Virus genome (UHGV): UHGV-0069399
Strand: one strand, 5' to 3'
Length of the DNA: 49,013 nucleotides
DNA from: a virus
The position numbers and the translations under genes are program-made. The notes beneath the pieces were generated by a model. The model saw only the letters and a program-made list of their open reading frames with translations, was not told where the DNA came from and ran no database searches. Below are positions 35,020-43,556 of the stretch, in pieces. Every line of letters starts with the position of its first letter. Within the stretch, counting starts at the first letter, position 1.

Positions 35020-35661
35020 TCACACTGCCTCCTGTTTTCTTGGGCCGACATACTCGCCATATAAAGGCGCTCTACCTCGTGCCTTCGTGTGCCGATGAGT
35101 TACCTTTGGTGAAAACAATGCATCTTCCACACTCATTCCTTGCTTCAGGCGTAGCTTGATTGTGTTACCAGCTACAGAAACCCTAGGGTCCCTTGACCAT
35201 TCGGTAGCTGTTTTTGTTTCTCCAGAGAACGTAATTCCGGTTCGCCCTTTTTTGGTATGTTCTGGAATGTGAACCCGAGATCGCATGACATTGCATGCAC
35301 GACAAAGAACCCTCAGATTTGACTCGTCATTGTTGTCCACAACCTCATCAATGTGATCGATATGCACCGTCTTCCATGTGACAGTCTTTCCGCATTTCTC
35401 ACACGGAGGTAGCGCCTCGCCATGTCGGTCATAGATAACCTTCCGATGCTCATAAACGAACCCATTCGCCATTACCAACGGATGATCTGGCATCTTGAGC
35501 ATCTGGTAACCCTTACCATTCCTCTGTCTGGTCTTTCCCTTTCCAACTTTTGTAAGTTCGTAGGTTCCGTAGCGCATCATCCTGAAGTAATGCATTTGAC
35601 AGATGCCCTTTCCCGGGTAGTGCTTGCATTCACGATCACAACCTTCAACTTTGCATTTCAT
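35020..35661 (-). CDS. HNH endonuclease
   Basis: N-terminal Cys cluster (CDRECKHYPGKGICQMH) and HNH core HIDHIDEVVDNNDESNLRVLCRACN. Confidence 0.8.
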   Translation of the reverse strand: MKCKVEGCDRECKHYPGKGICQMHYFRMMRYGTYELTKVGKGKTRQRNGKGYQMLKMPDHPLVMANGFVYEHRKVIYDRHGEALPPCEKCGKTVTWKTVHIDHIDEVVDNNDESNLRVLCRACNVMRSRVHIPEHTKKGRTGITFSGETKTATEWSRDPRVSVAGNTIKLRLKQGMSVEDALFSPKVTHRHTKARGRAPLYGEYVGPRKQEAV

Positions 35662-35672
35662 GCAGCACTCTC

Positions 35673-36305
35673 CTAGGCTTTTTGACGACGCTTACTCAGC
35701 GCATTCGCTCTGCGGGAAAAAATTGACTTCATTCTCTTCAGGTAGTGGATGTCGAACCGGCGCGGCTCGTTGTCGGATTCAAGGCGCTCGACACGTTCCA
35801 GGCCAATGCGTTCAATCAGGCGAATGCGATACTCAACGGTATTTCCGCTTAATTGGCGGTTGCACCGTGTACAGGCTGAATGAACGTTAAAGACGTTGAA
35901 TTTGAGATGTGACGCAGCACCGCGCGAACGGTAATGACTGGCATCGATGGCACTACCAGTCAGATAGTTGCTTTTGCCAATGAGCGGATTGCCGCAACTG
36001 ACACGGTCTTTCCCCTCATCACGAATCCTGATGTACCGATTGAAAGCGGACTGAGCCTCTTTATCCCACTGGGATTTAGTCTTCAATGACTCGCGCACCC
36101 TCTGGCGACGTTGGCGTTCTTTTTTCTCGGCTGCGCGCTTTTTGGCAGACTCCTTGCGTTGTGCCGCCTCCCTGACCTTTCTGGTCTGCTCTTTTCCAAC
36201 CGCGCTAGCGCACTCATAACCGCAGACAGTCTGCGTATCGCGAACAGGATGGAACCACTGGCGGCATTCTTTGTTGGCGCACTTCCGGCGCGGTAACTTA
36301 GCCAT
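35673..36305 (-). CDS. ninG: NinG/Rap-family recombination endonuclease
   Basis: From ATG 36305, MAKLPRRKCANKECRQWFHP... aligns with lambda NinG ([20 protein letters not shown]...). Confidence 0.8.
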   Translation of the reverse strand: MAKLPRRKCANKECRQWFHPVRDTQTVCGYECASAVGKEQTRKVREAAQRKESAKKRAAEKKERQRRQRVRESLKTKSQWDKEAQSAFNRYIRIRDEGKDRVSCGNPLIGKSNYLTGSAIDASHYRSRGAASHLKFNVFNVHSACTRCNRQLSGNTVEYRIRLIERIGLERVERLESDNEPRRFDIHYLKRMKSIFSRRANALSKRRQKA

Positions 36306-36307
36306 AA

Positions 36308-36514
36308 TCACCCCCAGACCTTTTGCCGAAAGGTTCTTGGTGTACGCGCCGGATGCTCGCATTCAGGTAATTTTGCGCTAACAGTCCAGGTGATATTGTC
36401 GCGATTCAGGCTGCGTTCTACCGTGGCGCCGCGGCGTCGGTAACAGGCAATAAGTTCGTCGGCCTGCTCGGTTGTGCATTCGTGATGGTGGAACCAGGAA
36501 AATTTCATCGCCAT
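36308..36514 (-). CDS. hypothetical nin-region protein (68 aa)
   Basis: ATG overlaps the upstream stop (TGATG coupling); His/Cys-containing small protein. Confidence 0.5.
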   Translation of the reverse strand: MAMKFSWFHHHECTTEQADELIACYRRRGATVERSLNRDNITWTVSAKLPECEHPARTPRTFRQKVWG

Positions 36515-37116
36515 CACCCCGCAAAACTCATAAGCTGCGCAGCGGCGTTTTCCGCTTCTCGCTGAGTCTTGAATGCCCGGGACAATACCCAGCGCCACAG
36601 AACATCGAGCGCGGCTTTGTAAAGTTGCTGGAACTCGGTTTCGTCCATGTTGGCGAAAGCTATGCTGCGGGGGTGTTTACGAAGAGTTCCGTCAGGTAGT
36701 TGAATTGCGTCGTAGTGGCCGGCCTCGACAATTACCCAGGCACGGTACGCGTCAAAGGATTTACACAGGCTGATCCCATTGGTAACTCGGCGACTGGCTA
36801 CCTGCTCCAGATACTGCTCGGCAGCATCCAGCAGTGCGCCTTCGTTTCCACCAAATGCCGCGAGGAATTTAGCATAACCATTTACGAGCTTACGCTCATT
36901 GCTGGATATCGCCCCTCCAGTAGGTTCCCAGTATTCAAACCCGAGATTCAGGAGCGCAAAAAAACGGCGATGGAATGCGGGATTCCTCACCTGGCGAAAT
37001 TCGGCTACCAGCACGGCACCGAGTTTGATTTTTGATTGCAGAATATCGCTGGTCTCCGGCGTCGCGGGGATCAGGATTCCTGATGACTGCTTGATGAGTT
37101 GTAGTTCGTGCGCCAT
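36514..37116 (-). CDS. nin-region protein (possibly DUF1367-like)
   Basis: 200 aa, coupled into the nin-like operon; family assignment uncertain. Confidence 0.55.
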   Translation of the reverse strand: MAHELQLIKQSSGILIPATPETSDILQSKIKLGAVLVAEFRQVRNPAFHRRFFALLNLGFEYWEPTGGAISSNERKLVNGYAKFLAAFGGNEGALLDAAEQYLEQVASRRVTNGISLCKSFDAYRAWVIVEAGHYDAIQLPDGTLRKHPRSIAFANMDETEFQQLYKAALDVLWRWVLSRAFKTQREAENAAAQLMSFAG

Positions 37117-37198
37117 GGTATTCCCCGTGGCGCATAATTGTCAGGTTACTGGTTGTTCAGGCCAGTGACAGAATTATGATTGGGTACGTAGCATTAAG

Positions 37199-37420
37199 TC
37201 AATTTTTAGAAGTCATCTCCCTTACAACTTCCATGATGGTTTCTTTGGACCAGTACAATTCATCTCTGGATAATTTTCTGTTAGTTACAGAACCGGCCTT
37301 GGCTGAAAGGATGTAGCGTTCATCCGCTGCAAGTCCGAAAGACAAAAGCTCCCGACCTTTCCCATCGGTTATGATCACCCGTAAATTATCAGCAAGATCT
37401 GATTGGGCTATATCTGCCAC
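37199..37420 (-). CDS. hypothetical protein (73 aa)
   Basis: Small ORF downstream of the DinI-like gene, same strand. Confidence 0.45.
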   Translation of the reverse strand: MADIAQSDLADNLRVIITDGKGRELLSFGLAADERYILSAKAGSVTNRKLSRDELYWSKETIMEVVREMTSKN

Positions 37421-37529
37421 TTAATCCCCCTGAGCGACATACAGACGCGATTAAAGAATGTCGGCAGCAGCATCAAAGGGATACACATTTTGGTATTCTG
37501 ATAAATGCGCGCCAGCCTTAAGCGCAATT

Positions 37530-37763
37530 CTAATAAAACCAGTCGTCAGCGCTTTCCCAGGTATCCTGGAGGATTGATTCAATTTTCTTTTTATCGTCCT
37601 TGTCACCGCCAAAAACACTTAACCCATCCGACCCGGCACGGCGGATTGTGAGCCTGCAATTGTCATAGTGATCATTCAGGCGCTTAAGCAATTCTTTCTC
37701 CAGTGCAGGAACCGCGCCTTTAGGAAGTTCTTTCATACGATCAATGGTTAATTCAACTTTCAT
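37530..37763 (-). CDS. dinI: DinI-like protein (second copy)
   Basis: From ATG 37763, MKVELTIDRMKELPKGAVPALEKELLKRL...SDGLSVFGGDKDDKKKIESILQDTWESADDWFY aligns with E. coli DinI; GGAGG RBS; LexA box just upstream. Confidence 0.8.
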   Translation of the reverse strand: MKVELTIDRMKELPKGAVPALEKELLKRLNDHYDNCRLTIRRAGSDGLSVFGGDKDDKKKIESILQDTWESADDWFY

Positions 37764-37781
37764 AATGGCCTCCAATGCATA

Positions 37782-37801
37782 TACTGTGTTTTTATACAGT
37801 A
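37782..37801. promoter_or_regulatory. LexA box upstream of the second DinI-like gene
   Basis: TACTGTGTTTTTATACAGTA is a perfect CTGT-N8-ACAG palindrome matching the SOS-box consensus. Confidence 0.75.
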
Positions 37802-37861
37802 TACCTATGAGAGGAAATGATCAACGTTTTAAGAGCACAAATTGTTAATTTCCTGTCAGGA

Positions 37862-37891
37862 ATAAAAAAAGAAAACCCGCCGTAGCGGGTT
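37862..37891 (-). terminator. rho-independent terminator downstream of the 86-aa gene
   Basis: AACCCGC-cgta-GCGGGTT hairpin with a long T-run on the minus strand. Confidence 0.6.
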
Positions 37892-38070
37892 GAATTCGTG
37901 ATGGTTTATAAAGATGTAATTTCTTTCTACTGACAAATCTATGGCTACCCATTTACCCTCAAACGTGAATACAGCATACGCGCCGACATACTGATTATCT
38001 CTTTGTGGATCGGGATATGATCAACCTTCTGCCAGAACGTAAAACTTGATGCCGCTGACAAATAAACAGC

Positions 38071-38331
38071 TCATTGTTTCTTCTCGTTCTGGGCTGCCAT
38101 ATCCAGATAGCGCGGGTCGGATGCTCTCGGTAATGTCAGACTTTGCTCGCGATAGTAGCGCACACGCTCCATGAAGTATTCGCGGAGATGCTCTGGCTGA
38201 TCACGGGCTTCCTGTTCAGCGATAACCGGCATGTTCAGGCGCTCTTTGTCCGCTACTCCGGATGCTGCAAAGTCAACGTTAACCTTGTCCTGCTCTTCTT
38301 TCGGCTTGGCTGCAATGTTATGGTTGGACAT
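38071..38331 (-). CDS. hypothetical protein (86 aa)
   Basis: ORF with terminator downstream; acidic; no family recognised. Confidence 0.5.
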   Translation of the reverse strand: MSNHNIAAKPKEEQDKVNVDFAASGVADKERLNMPVIAEQEARDQPEHLREYFMERVRYYREQSLTLPRASDPRYLDMAAQNEKKQ

Positions 38332-38421
38332 GGTAATCTCACCGGTTAGCTGAGGGAACGATTCTCCTCAACTTGATCATTCAATCTGATTTGTAATCTT
38401 CCGAAATTTGAAATAACATCT

Positions 38422-38826
38422 TTACTTTAATTTATATATTAAACAATCCACAATATCCAAACCATTAACCATACTATTTGAAAGTCGAACTTTGCTATTT
38501 TCAATAGAGAATGCTCCTTTCATCATTTTATAAATAAAAGCAGACTCTCCTTTAGCTTCGATTGCTTCAAGTGGTATGGAATGGTATTTATTTGATCTAT
38601 TATCTCTATTGATTTGACTTATAAGGCTATAAACGAATGTAGGCCCTTTCTCCTCAAGATCACTTATTACCAAAATATATTTCCAAGAAAACATTTCCCC
38701 ATAAAAAAACCACATGGCAGCGGATAAAGCTACTCCTTTCTTCTCTAACTCTTTCATTAGAAATTGGCCAGAATTTTCCATAGAGGTCGTCATTGAGTGA
38801 CCTATTACCAGTGACTTCTTACCCAT
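38422..38826 (-). CDS. hypothetical protein (134 aa), downstream partner of the HEPN-like gene; possible degenerate minimal nucleotidyltransferase
   Basis: Very AT-rich; start overlaps the HEPN-like gene's 3' end by ~22 nt; contains a G-E-x11-S-D-L-E stretch loosely resembling the MNT G[SG]-x9-13-DxD motif. Confidence 0.6.
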   Translation of the reverse strand: MGKKSLVIGHSMTTSMENSGQFLMKELEKKGVALSAAMWFFYGEMFSWKYILVISDLEEKGPTFVYSLISQINRDNRSNKYHSIPLEAIEAKGESAFIYKMMKGAFSIENSKVRLSNSMVNGLDIVDCLIYKLK

Positions 38827-39227
38827 TGCAAAACTCCAGATTGATTATTCTCAGCTGCTTCGATGAGCTGCTCCGCCATAGCCCGACTGATAGTAGTTTC
38901 GTAGCGGAGTTGTTCACTCCAATCCTTCATAACAGTCCAAAATATTTCAAACTGCCCATCCTGGGCAGCTAATTGTCTATGTGATAGTTGTAGGCTCGCC
39001 ACCTGCATGAGCTTTGTTAGATCATGAACATGTGAGTCCATGGCTAACTTCTTGTCAGGAAATTGAAATGCCGTCACATTTTTTGCTATACATGCTTTAA
39101 GAGCGCACTCAACTGCGTATCCGCAGAGGTAGTATGCACCATGATATAATCCATTCTGTAACAGACATTTTGCTTCCGTTAACCTTATACCAGTTAAAAC
39201 TTCTAGGTCAGATTTATTCATTTGCAA
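38805..39227 (-). CDS. HEPN-like domain protein (140 aa)
   Basis: GAYYLCGYAVECALKACIAK ... HDLTKL ... RYETT pattern resembles HEPN-superfamily helices; AT-rich; first gene of an overlapping pair. Confidence 0.6.
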   Translation of the reverse strand: MQMNKSDLEVLTGIRLTEAKCLLQNGLYHGAYYLCGYAVECALKACIAKNVTAFQFPDKKLAMDSHVHDLTKLMQVASLQLSHRQLAAQDGQFEIFWTVMKDWSEQLRYETTISRAMAEQLIEAAENNQSGVLQWVRSHW

Positions 39228-39339
39228 ATATTCTAATTTTCTTTCATAGGCACATGGTACTCATTGAGTGTAATTCTTTCCAACAAATTATCAGATATAT
39301 ACGATAAAAGGTCGCTTGATCAATTTTCGGAGCTAGGAG

Positions 39340-39792
39340 CTAAATGATGTGAAGGCGCGGCTCCCCGTTTTTCGGCTCAGGCCACTGACGCTGCTTATTC
39401 ACCGCCAACTTTTCTACCATCGCCTGGTTAATCTGCTCGTCACTGATACCGGCACGACGTTGCGCATCCCATAACAGGAATTGCATGTCAGCCCATTCGC
39501 TAAGGTCGCCTGGTTCAGCAGCAGCCTCGAGTGCTTCTTTGGAAAGGTGCTTCAGCGGACCAACTGGACCGACATCGCCGAAAGTAGCCAGTGACCACGC
39601 TGCATGTTCACGGCGTACTTGTTCGCGGGCCATCGACTCCAGAACCCCATTAAACACCTTCACAGCATCAGCCATTGCGTAGCCGAGATTGCCGCCGTCG
39701 CTTTGTGCTGCTGCTTTGCTGAGTATTTCTCTTATCTGGTGCAGGCGATTGAGTGATACAGGACCGTTCGCCGGGTGGTTGTTAGTGGTCAT
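39340..39792 (-). CDS. MazG-like/DUF550-type nucleotide pyrophosphohydrolase (putative)
   Basis: Start chosen at MTTNNHP; HLSKEALEAAAEPGDLSEWADMQFLLWDAQRRAGIS resembles prophage dATP/dGTP pyrophosphohydrolase-like proteins. Moderate confidence. Confidence 0.5.
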   Translation of the reverse strand: MTTNNHPANGPVSLNRLHQIREILSKAAAQSDGGNLGYAMADAVKVFNGVLESMAREQVRREHAAWSLATFGDVGPVGPLKHLSKEALEAAAEPGDLSEWADMQFLLWDAQRRAGISDEQINQAMVEKLAVNKQRQWPEPKNGEPRLHII

Positions 39793-40100
39793 ACTGATGC
39801 TCTCCCGTAAAATGCCAGAACCCGCTTCATCGCCGGACTTGTACGGCATACTGAAGTAACCATGTTTTTTCTCATGTTCGATTTGATCTGCTTGATATTC
39901 AGTTCCCCGCCTAGTTGCAGCGAATAGACCGGGTGATGTGGCTCCCCAGCGCGAATAACTACTGCCCTACGTACCAGGTGAAGCAGCAGGTTGTGTGCTT
40001 TCTTGCAGTCGCATCCCAGCAGGTTCTGAACCTGACGCGGGGTTATGGTCTGGTTAACCCGAAGGAAATCGACAATTGCCCACAGTGATTTGCTTGCCAT
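39789..40100 (-). CDS. hypothetical small protein (103 aa), probably DNA-binding
   Basis: Basic small ORF between the DnaC-like and MazG-like genes, same operon. Confidence 0.45.
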   Translation of the reverse strand: MASKSLWAIVDFLRVNQTITPRQVQNLLGCDCKKAHNLLLHLVRRAVVIRAGEPHHPVYSLQLGGELNIKQIKSNMRKNMVTSVCRTSPAMKRVLAFYGRASV

Positions 40101-40118
40101 AGTGATTTTCCCTCGCGG

Positions 40119-40868
40119 TTATTTAACGATCCGGAGATGGCTAACGTTCTTGCGATAGCTGCCCCAGTCAAAGTTCACCCACATCCCGCCATCCATCTGG
40201 AGGCGATCGATAACCCGCGCACCCAACGCGCCGAGAAGTTCGTCGTGGTTCAGATTCGTCAGAACGCCAACCGGGCGCATTGATGACAGCCGACGGTCAA
40301 TAACCTGATTCAGAATGACTTTCTCCCCGTTGCTACCGCGCTGAATACCGACTTCATCCAGCACCAGCAGATCGACTTTGCAGAGGTCATCCAAAAGTGA
40401 AGCCTCGGATTGACCACCGTCGTAGCACTCGCGAACGCGCAGCATCAGATCAGGGATTGTCACCACCAACACAGATTGCCCACCGGACAGGAGATGATTC
40501 CCGATTGCCGCTGCCAGATGGTTTTTCCCGGTACCAGGACCGCCACTGAATACAAAACTCGCAAAGCCGGCTCCAAAGTTCTGCGCGTAGCTCTTTGCCA
40601 TGGTATAGGCCTTGCGCTGTTGCTCCCCGGACACTTCGTAGTTGGCGAACGTGCAGCTGCGGTGCAGGCTTTGAATTCCTGAGCGGCCGAAGATTTTCTC
40701 TGTGCGCGCTTTCTGATTCAGCTTGTCCAACTCTTCGCAATGTTTCAGGCCTTCTTCCCGCTGCCACGCCAGCAGCTCTGCTGCGCTGGTGAACTTCGGC
40801 TGAACGCCTGGCGGAATGAGTTTTTTCAGGCGCTCAAGAGCGCTGCCGGAATTAACAATGTTTTTCAC
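40119..40868 (-). CDS. DnaC-like replicative helicase loader (AAA+ ATPase)
   Basis: Near-collinear with E. coli DnaC: LLAWQREEG, Walker A FSGGPGTGKNHLAAAIGN, Walker B DLLVLDEVG, NQVIDRR. Confidence 0.9.
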   Translation of the reverse strand: MKNIVNSGSALERLKKLIPPGVQPKFTSAAELLAWQREEGLKHCEELDKLNQKARTEKIFGRSGIQSLHRSCTFANYEVSGEQQRKAYTMAKSYAQNFGAGFASFVFSGGPGTGKNHLAAAIGNHLLSGGQSVLVVTIPDLMLRVRECYDGGQSEASLLDDLCKVDLLVLDEVGIQRGSNGEKVILNQVIDRRLSSMRPVGVLTNLNHDELLGALGARVIDRLQMDGGMWVNFDWGSYRKNVSHLRIVK

Positions 40869-40870
40869 CG

Positions 40871-41782
40871 TTACCCCCTGAATCCGGTTGGGATGGTTTT
40901 ATCTGGCTCGGAAATGCGGTTCACATCCCTCCCCGTTTTGCGGTCGTTGAGAGCGAACTTCGGTTTGAACAGTCCCTGGTATCCGTTGGCGATACTGGTG
41001 TTGATCACATCAACCGGGTCATGCCCTTCGTCCAGGCAAGCCTTGAGCAACTTGAAAGCTTTGGTGACCGTCATTTCGGTCTTGATGGCTTTGCCAGACT
41101 GTTGGCGGTAGGCAACCCACTCATTCCAGGACACAGAATCAAGCCACTCAGGAACGGGAATCGTCAACGGGTCAAACTTACCCCTCCCCTTTGGGGGATT
41201 AGAGGGGGTTAGATCTGTATTTATATTTGTATTTGGAAGAATGTCTTTGGTGTTCCCTGTTTTCAGGGATACCTCTCCCTGTTTTTGGGGATGGTTATCC
41301 CCGTTTTCAGGGATGGTTGAATGGGTAAAATTGCTATCCCTGAATTCGGGGATGGTAATTACCCATGTAACAACTTCAGCAGCAGGAAACACCGCTGGAC
41401 ACTTCATGCAATTTGGCTTGGTATACGCCCATTTATCCAGGCTGGTATTAATCCCTATGTATCTGGTTTGCCCAATGCGGCGCAGGATGATGATGTTCCG
41501 ATAGGCAAGGCTCAACACGGCCTCAGAGACGTGCTTCACCTTCAGCGTCGTTTTATCTGCAATGAGGCTATTGGCGATGCGGTCAGAACTCTTAGACCAG
41601 CCATAGGTCAGACGAACGATAGCATTCAGCACCCGAAACTCACGCCCGGATAGTTCGACGATACACAGGGCATCCTGAATCTGGTTGGCCAGGCGCAAAT
41701 AGCCTTTCTCCAGATCAGCCATGCTGCTCTCCTGTTTCCCCTGCTGTGTGGGGAATTTGAATATTTCAGCGGTATTTGACAT
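40871..41782 (-). CDS. replication initiator, lambda O-like N-terminal domain
   Basis: From MSNTAEIFKFPTQQ: ADLEKGYLRLANQ...ELSGREFRVLNAIVRLTYGWSKSSDRIANSLIADKT matches the lambda O N-terminal domain; iteron array lies inside the gene. Confidence 0.85.
   Translation of the reverse strand: MSNTAEIFKFPTQQGKQESSMADLEKGYLRLANQIQDALCIVELSGREFRVLNAIVRLTYGWSKSSDRIANSLIADKTTLKVKHVSEAVLSLAYRNIIILRRIGQTRYIGINTSLDKWAYTKPNCMKCPAVFPAAEVVTWVITIPEFRDSNFTHSTIPENGDNHPQKQGEVSLKTGNTKDILPNTNINTDLTPSNPPKGRGKFDPLTIPVPEWLDSVSWNEWVAYRQQSGKAIKTEMTVTKAFKLLKACLDEGHDPVDVINTSIANGYQGLFKPKFALNDRKTGRDVNRISEPDKTIPTGFRG
41254..41355. repeat. iteron array (putative replication origin) inside the O-like gene
   Basis: Four ~18-bp repeats each with an internal palindrome (TCCCTGTTTTCAGGGATA, TCCCTGTTTTTGGGGATGG, TCCCCGTTTTCAGGGATGG, TCCCTGAATTCGGGGATGG) followed by an AT-rich stretch at 41214-41245. 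Confidence 0.75.
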
Positions 41783-41866
41783 ACTGTTCCCCGCAATCAC
41801 TTTCCGTTTTTGCACCTGAAGGCCGTTGGTGTTCGAGCACCGCGGCTTTCGCCATTTTTAAACCCG

Positions 41867-42406
41867 TCATACAACCCCCAGCATCAACTGCACCATCTCC
41901 ATCAGCGGACCGGTTAAGCCAGGGTCAACGCGGTACATCTCCACGATCCCCTCGCTCAGCTCTTTCAGCTTCTGATGACGCGGCGCATCCATTGCGACAG
42001 CTATCTTCGCTTCGCTGGTTTCCTTCTCCATACGTGCCAGGCGAGCCATGATGTTGTCTTCTGGCAGCAGGCGGTTGCGGTATTCAATCGGCAGAACTGC
42101 GAGGATTGCGGGAGTCAGCTGGCGAACGTTCTCGCGGTACCGCTCGCTGTTGAAATGGTTATCGAGGAAGCGGAAAAGCTTCTGGCGCTTTCGGCAGAGA
42201 TCATCAGGGAAAGTGATGTCGTCACCACCCTGCGCCTGGTACTCTTCGATGATCAGAGCAGTAACTACGTCCTGACCATCAGCACCAGCCCAGGAGCGAA
42301 CCGCATCACGAATATCTTCGTGGCTCGGCCCCCTGCGTGCTTGAGCGCGATTTATCATTACCCCTTGAGTAATATCGCTATCATTCTGATAAGTAAGTGT
42401 CTGCAT
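41867..42406 (-). CDS. YdaT-like protein (cII-position regulator)
   Basis: 179 aa between the cro-like and O-like genes; LIIEEYQAQGG and LTPAILAVLPIEYRNRLL resemble Rac YdaT as recalled. Confidence 0.55.
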   Translation of the reverse strand: MQTLTYQNDSDITQGVMINRAQARRGPSHEDIRDAVRSWAGADGQDVVTALIIEEYQAQGGDDITFPDDLCRKRQKLFRFLDNHFNSERYRENVRQLTPAILAVLPIEYRNRLLPEDNIMARLARMEKETSEAKIAVAMDAPRHQKLKELSEGIVEMYRVDPGLTGPLMEMVQLMLGVV

Positions 42407-42417
42407 GATTAAGCCTC

Positions 42418-42636
42418 CTAACGTGGCAAACCATCTGTTGGGTTTGGGTAAATATCACTACGGACCTCATGCGGAGTGATTTTCCAATCGAGTAAACGGC
42501 AAATTGGAAGCACGCGGTGCGCAGGAACCTCGTGGTTTAACCAAAGGCTGACCGCTTGAGACGTAGTGCCAAGATTTTTCGCTATTTCTGTTTGCGTCAT
42601 AACCGCACAAACACGTTGTTTAATGGAATTTGTCAT
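42418..42636 (-). CDS. Cro/YdaS-like HTH regulator
   Basis: 72 aa from ATG 42636 with GAGGG RBS; HTH QTEIAKNLGTTSQAVSLWL; divergent from the repressor gene. Confidence 0.75.
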   Translation of the reverse strand: MTNSIKQRVCAVMTQTEIAKNLGTTSQAVSLWLNHEVPAHRVLPICRLLDWKITPHEVRSDIYPNPTDGLPR

Positions 42637-42663
42637 ATGCAACCCTCGGATATTGAAATTCAA

Positions 42664-42742
42664 GATTACAACATGAAAAAAATATTTTCAATCCTGAATG
42701 AAAATAATCTTTGCAATGCGGAATGAAAGGCTACCTTGTAGA
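42664..42742. promoter_or_regulatory. divergent promoter/operator region of the immunity switch
   Basis: AT-rich intergenic region with palindromic elements (TTGAAATTCAA; TATTTTCA-N8-TGAAAATA) between the cro-like and repressor genes. Confidence 0.55.
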
Positions 42743-43162
42743 ATGGAAGACATGAAAAAAGCACCCAACGAAGCGTTTGCCTACCGACTTCAGCTCGTCA
42801 GAGATGAGTTCGGTTGGAACATGTCAGATATAGCCCGGAGAGCGATGGTTACTCCCCAGGCAGTGCAGCAATGGGCCAAAGGAGAGTCAGCTCCAAGAGG
42901 TGAGCGCTTAAAGCGTCTCGCTGCAGCTGCTGGAAAGCCCGAACATTGGTTTTTCATGCCACCAAATACCGAAGGTGAAGATGCTGGGGTGCATGAGCCA
43001 CCGCGGCAACTGGATGAAAAAGAAATCGCACTGCTTACGTTGTTCAATCAAATGCCAGAAGCTGAAAAGCTACGTTTGATAGTGCATGCCAAGGCTACCT
43101 TGAGAGAGCTTGATCTCCTCAAAGATGATGTGTCTAGCATCATTCAAAGTATTCAGAAGTAA
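42743..43162 (+). CDS. prophage repressor, HTH (XRE/RacR-like), without a LexA-type S24 autocleavage domain
   Basis: HTH (WNMSDIARRAMVTPQAVQQWAKGES) in a ~140-aa protein; no peptidase domain; divergent from the cro-like gene. Start uncertain (ORF-track 42698). Confidence 0.75.
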   Translation: MEDMKKAPNEAFAYRLQLVRDEFGWNMSDIARRAMVTPQAVQQWAKGESAPRGERLKRLAAAAGKPEHWFFMPPNTEGEDAGVHEPPRQLDEKEIALLTLFNQMPEAEKLRLIVHAKATLRELDLLKDDVSSIIQSIQK

Positions 43163-43180
43163 AATCCCCCCTTCTTTTTA

Positions 43181-43208
43181 ATGCAATCAGTCAGTTGATT
43201 GCATTTTC
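43181..43208 (+). terminator. perfect palindrome ATGCAATCA-gtcagt-TGATTGCAT + TTTT (terminator of the repressor gene or an operator)
   Basis: 9-bp perfect inverted repeat just after the repressor stop, followed by a short T-run. Confidence 0.4.
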
Positions 43209-43355
43209 ACGCCATCAATTGAAATTATTATTTTCATTTCGCTTGCATATTGCAATTTTCATTTGTATTGTTACTGACATCGACAACAAGCGCATCGTTG
43301 TCAGGTTCAAGAAACGTTCCGCCAGCCTGGCGACAAGGGCAAAGAGGGGATTGAG

Positions 43356-43556
43356 ATGCAAAACAACCACACAATACCAAACAGCGGCCGCGCAGTTGCA
43401 ATGCGTAACCAGCGCACCGGCGCAGCATGGCTGGTCTCTTTTGATTACCGCGAAAGCATGTACTGGCACGAACCGCAGGGCAACCTGCGCCACATCCGCC
43501 GCCCGTATGCTTCCCGCACCATTGAACCGAATCTGGTTCTGGCTGGTACGCACTGA
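43356..43556 (+). CDS. hypothetical early protein (66 aa)
   Basis: GAGGGGA RBS then ATG; first gene of the rightward early operon. Confidence 0.5.
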   Translation: MQNNHTIPNSGRAVAMRNQRTGAAWLVSFDYRESMYWHEPQGNLRHIRRPYASRTIEPNLVLAGTH

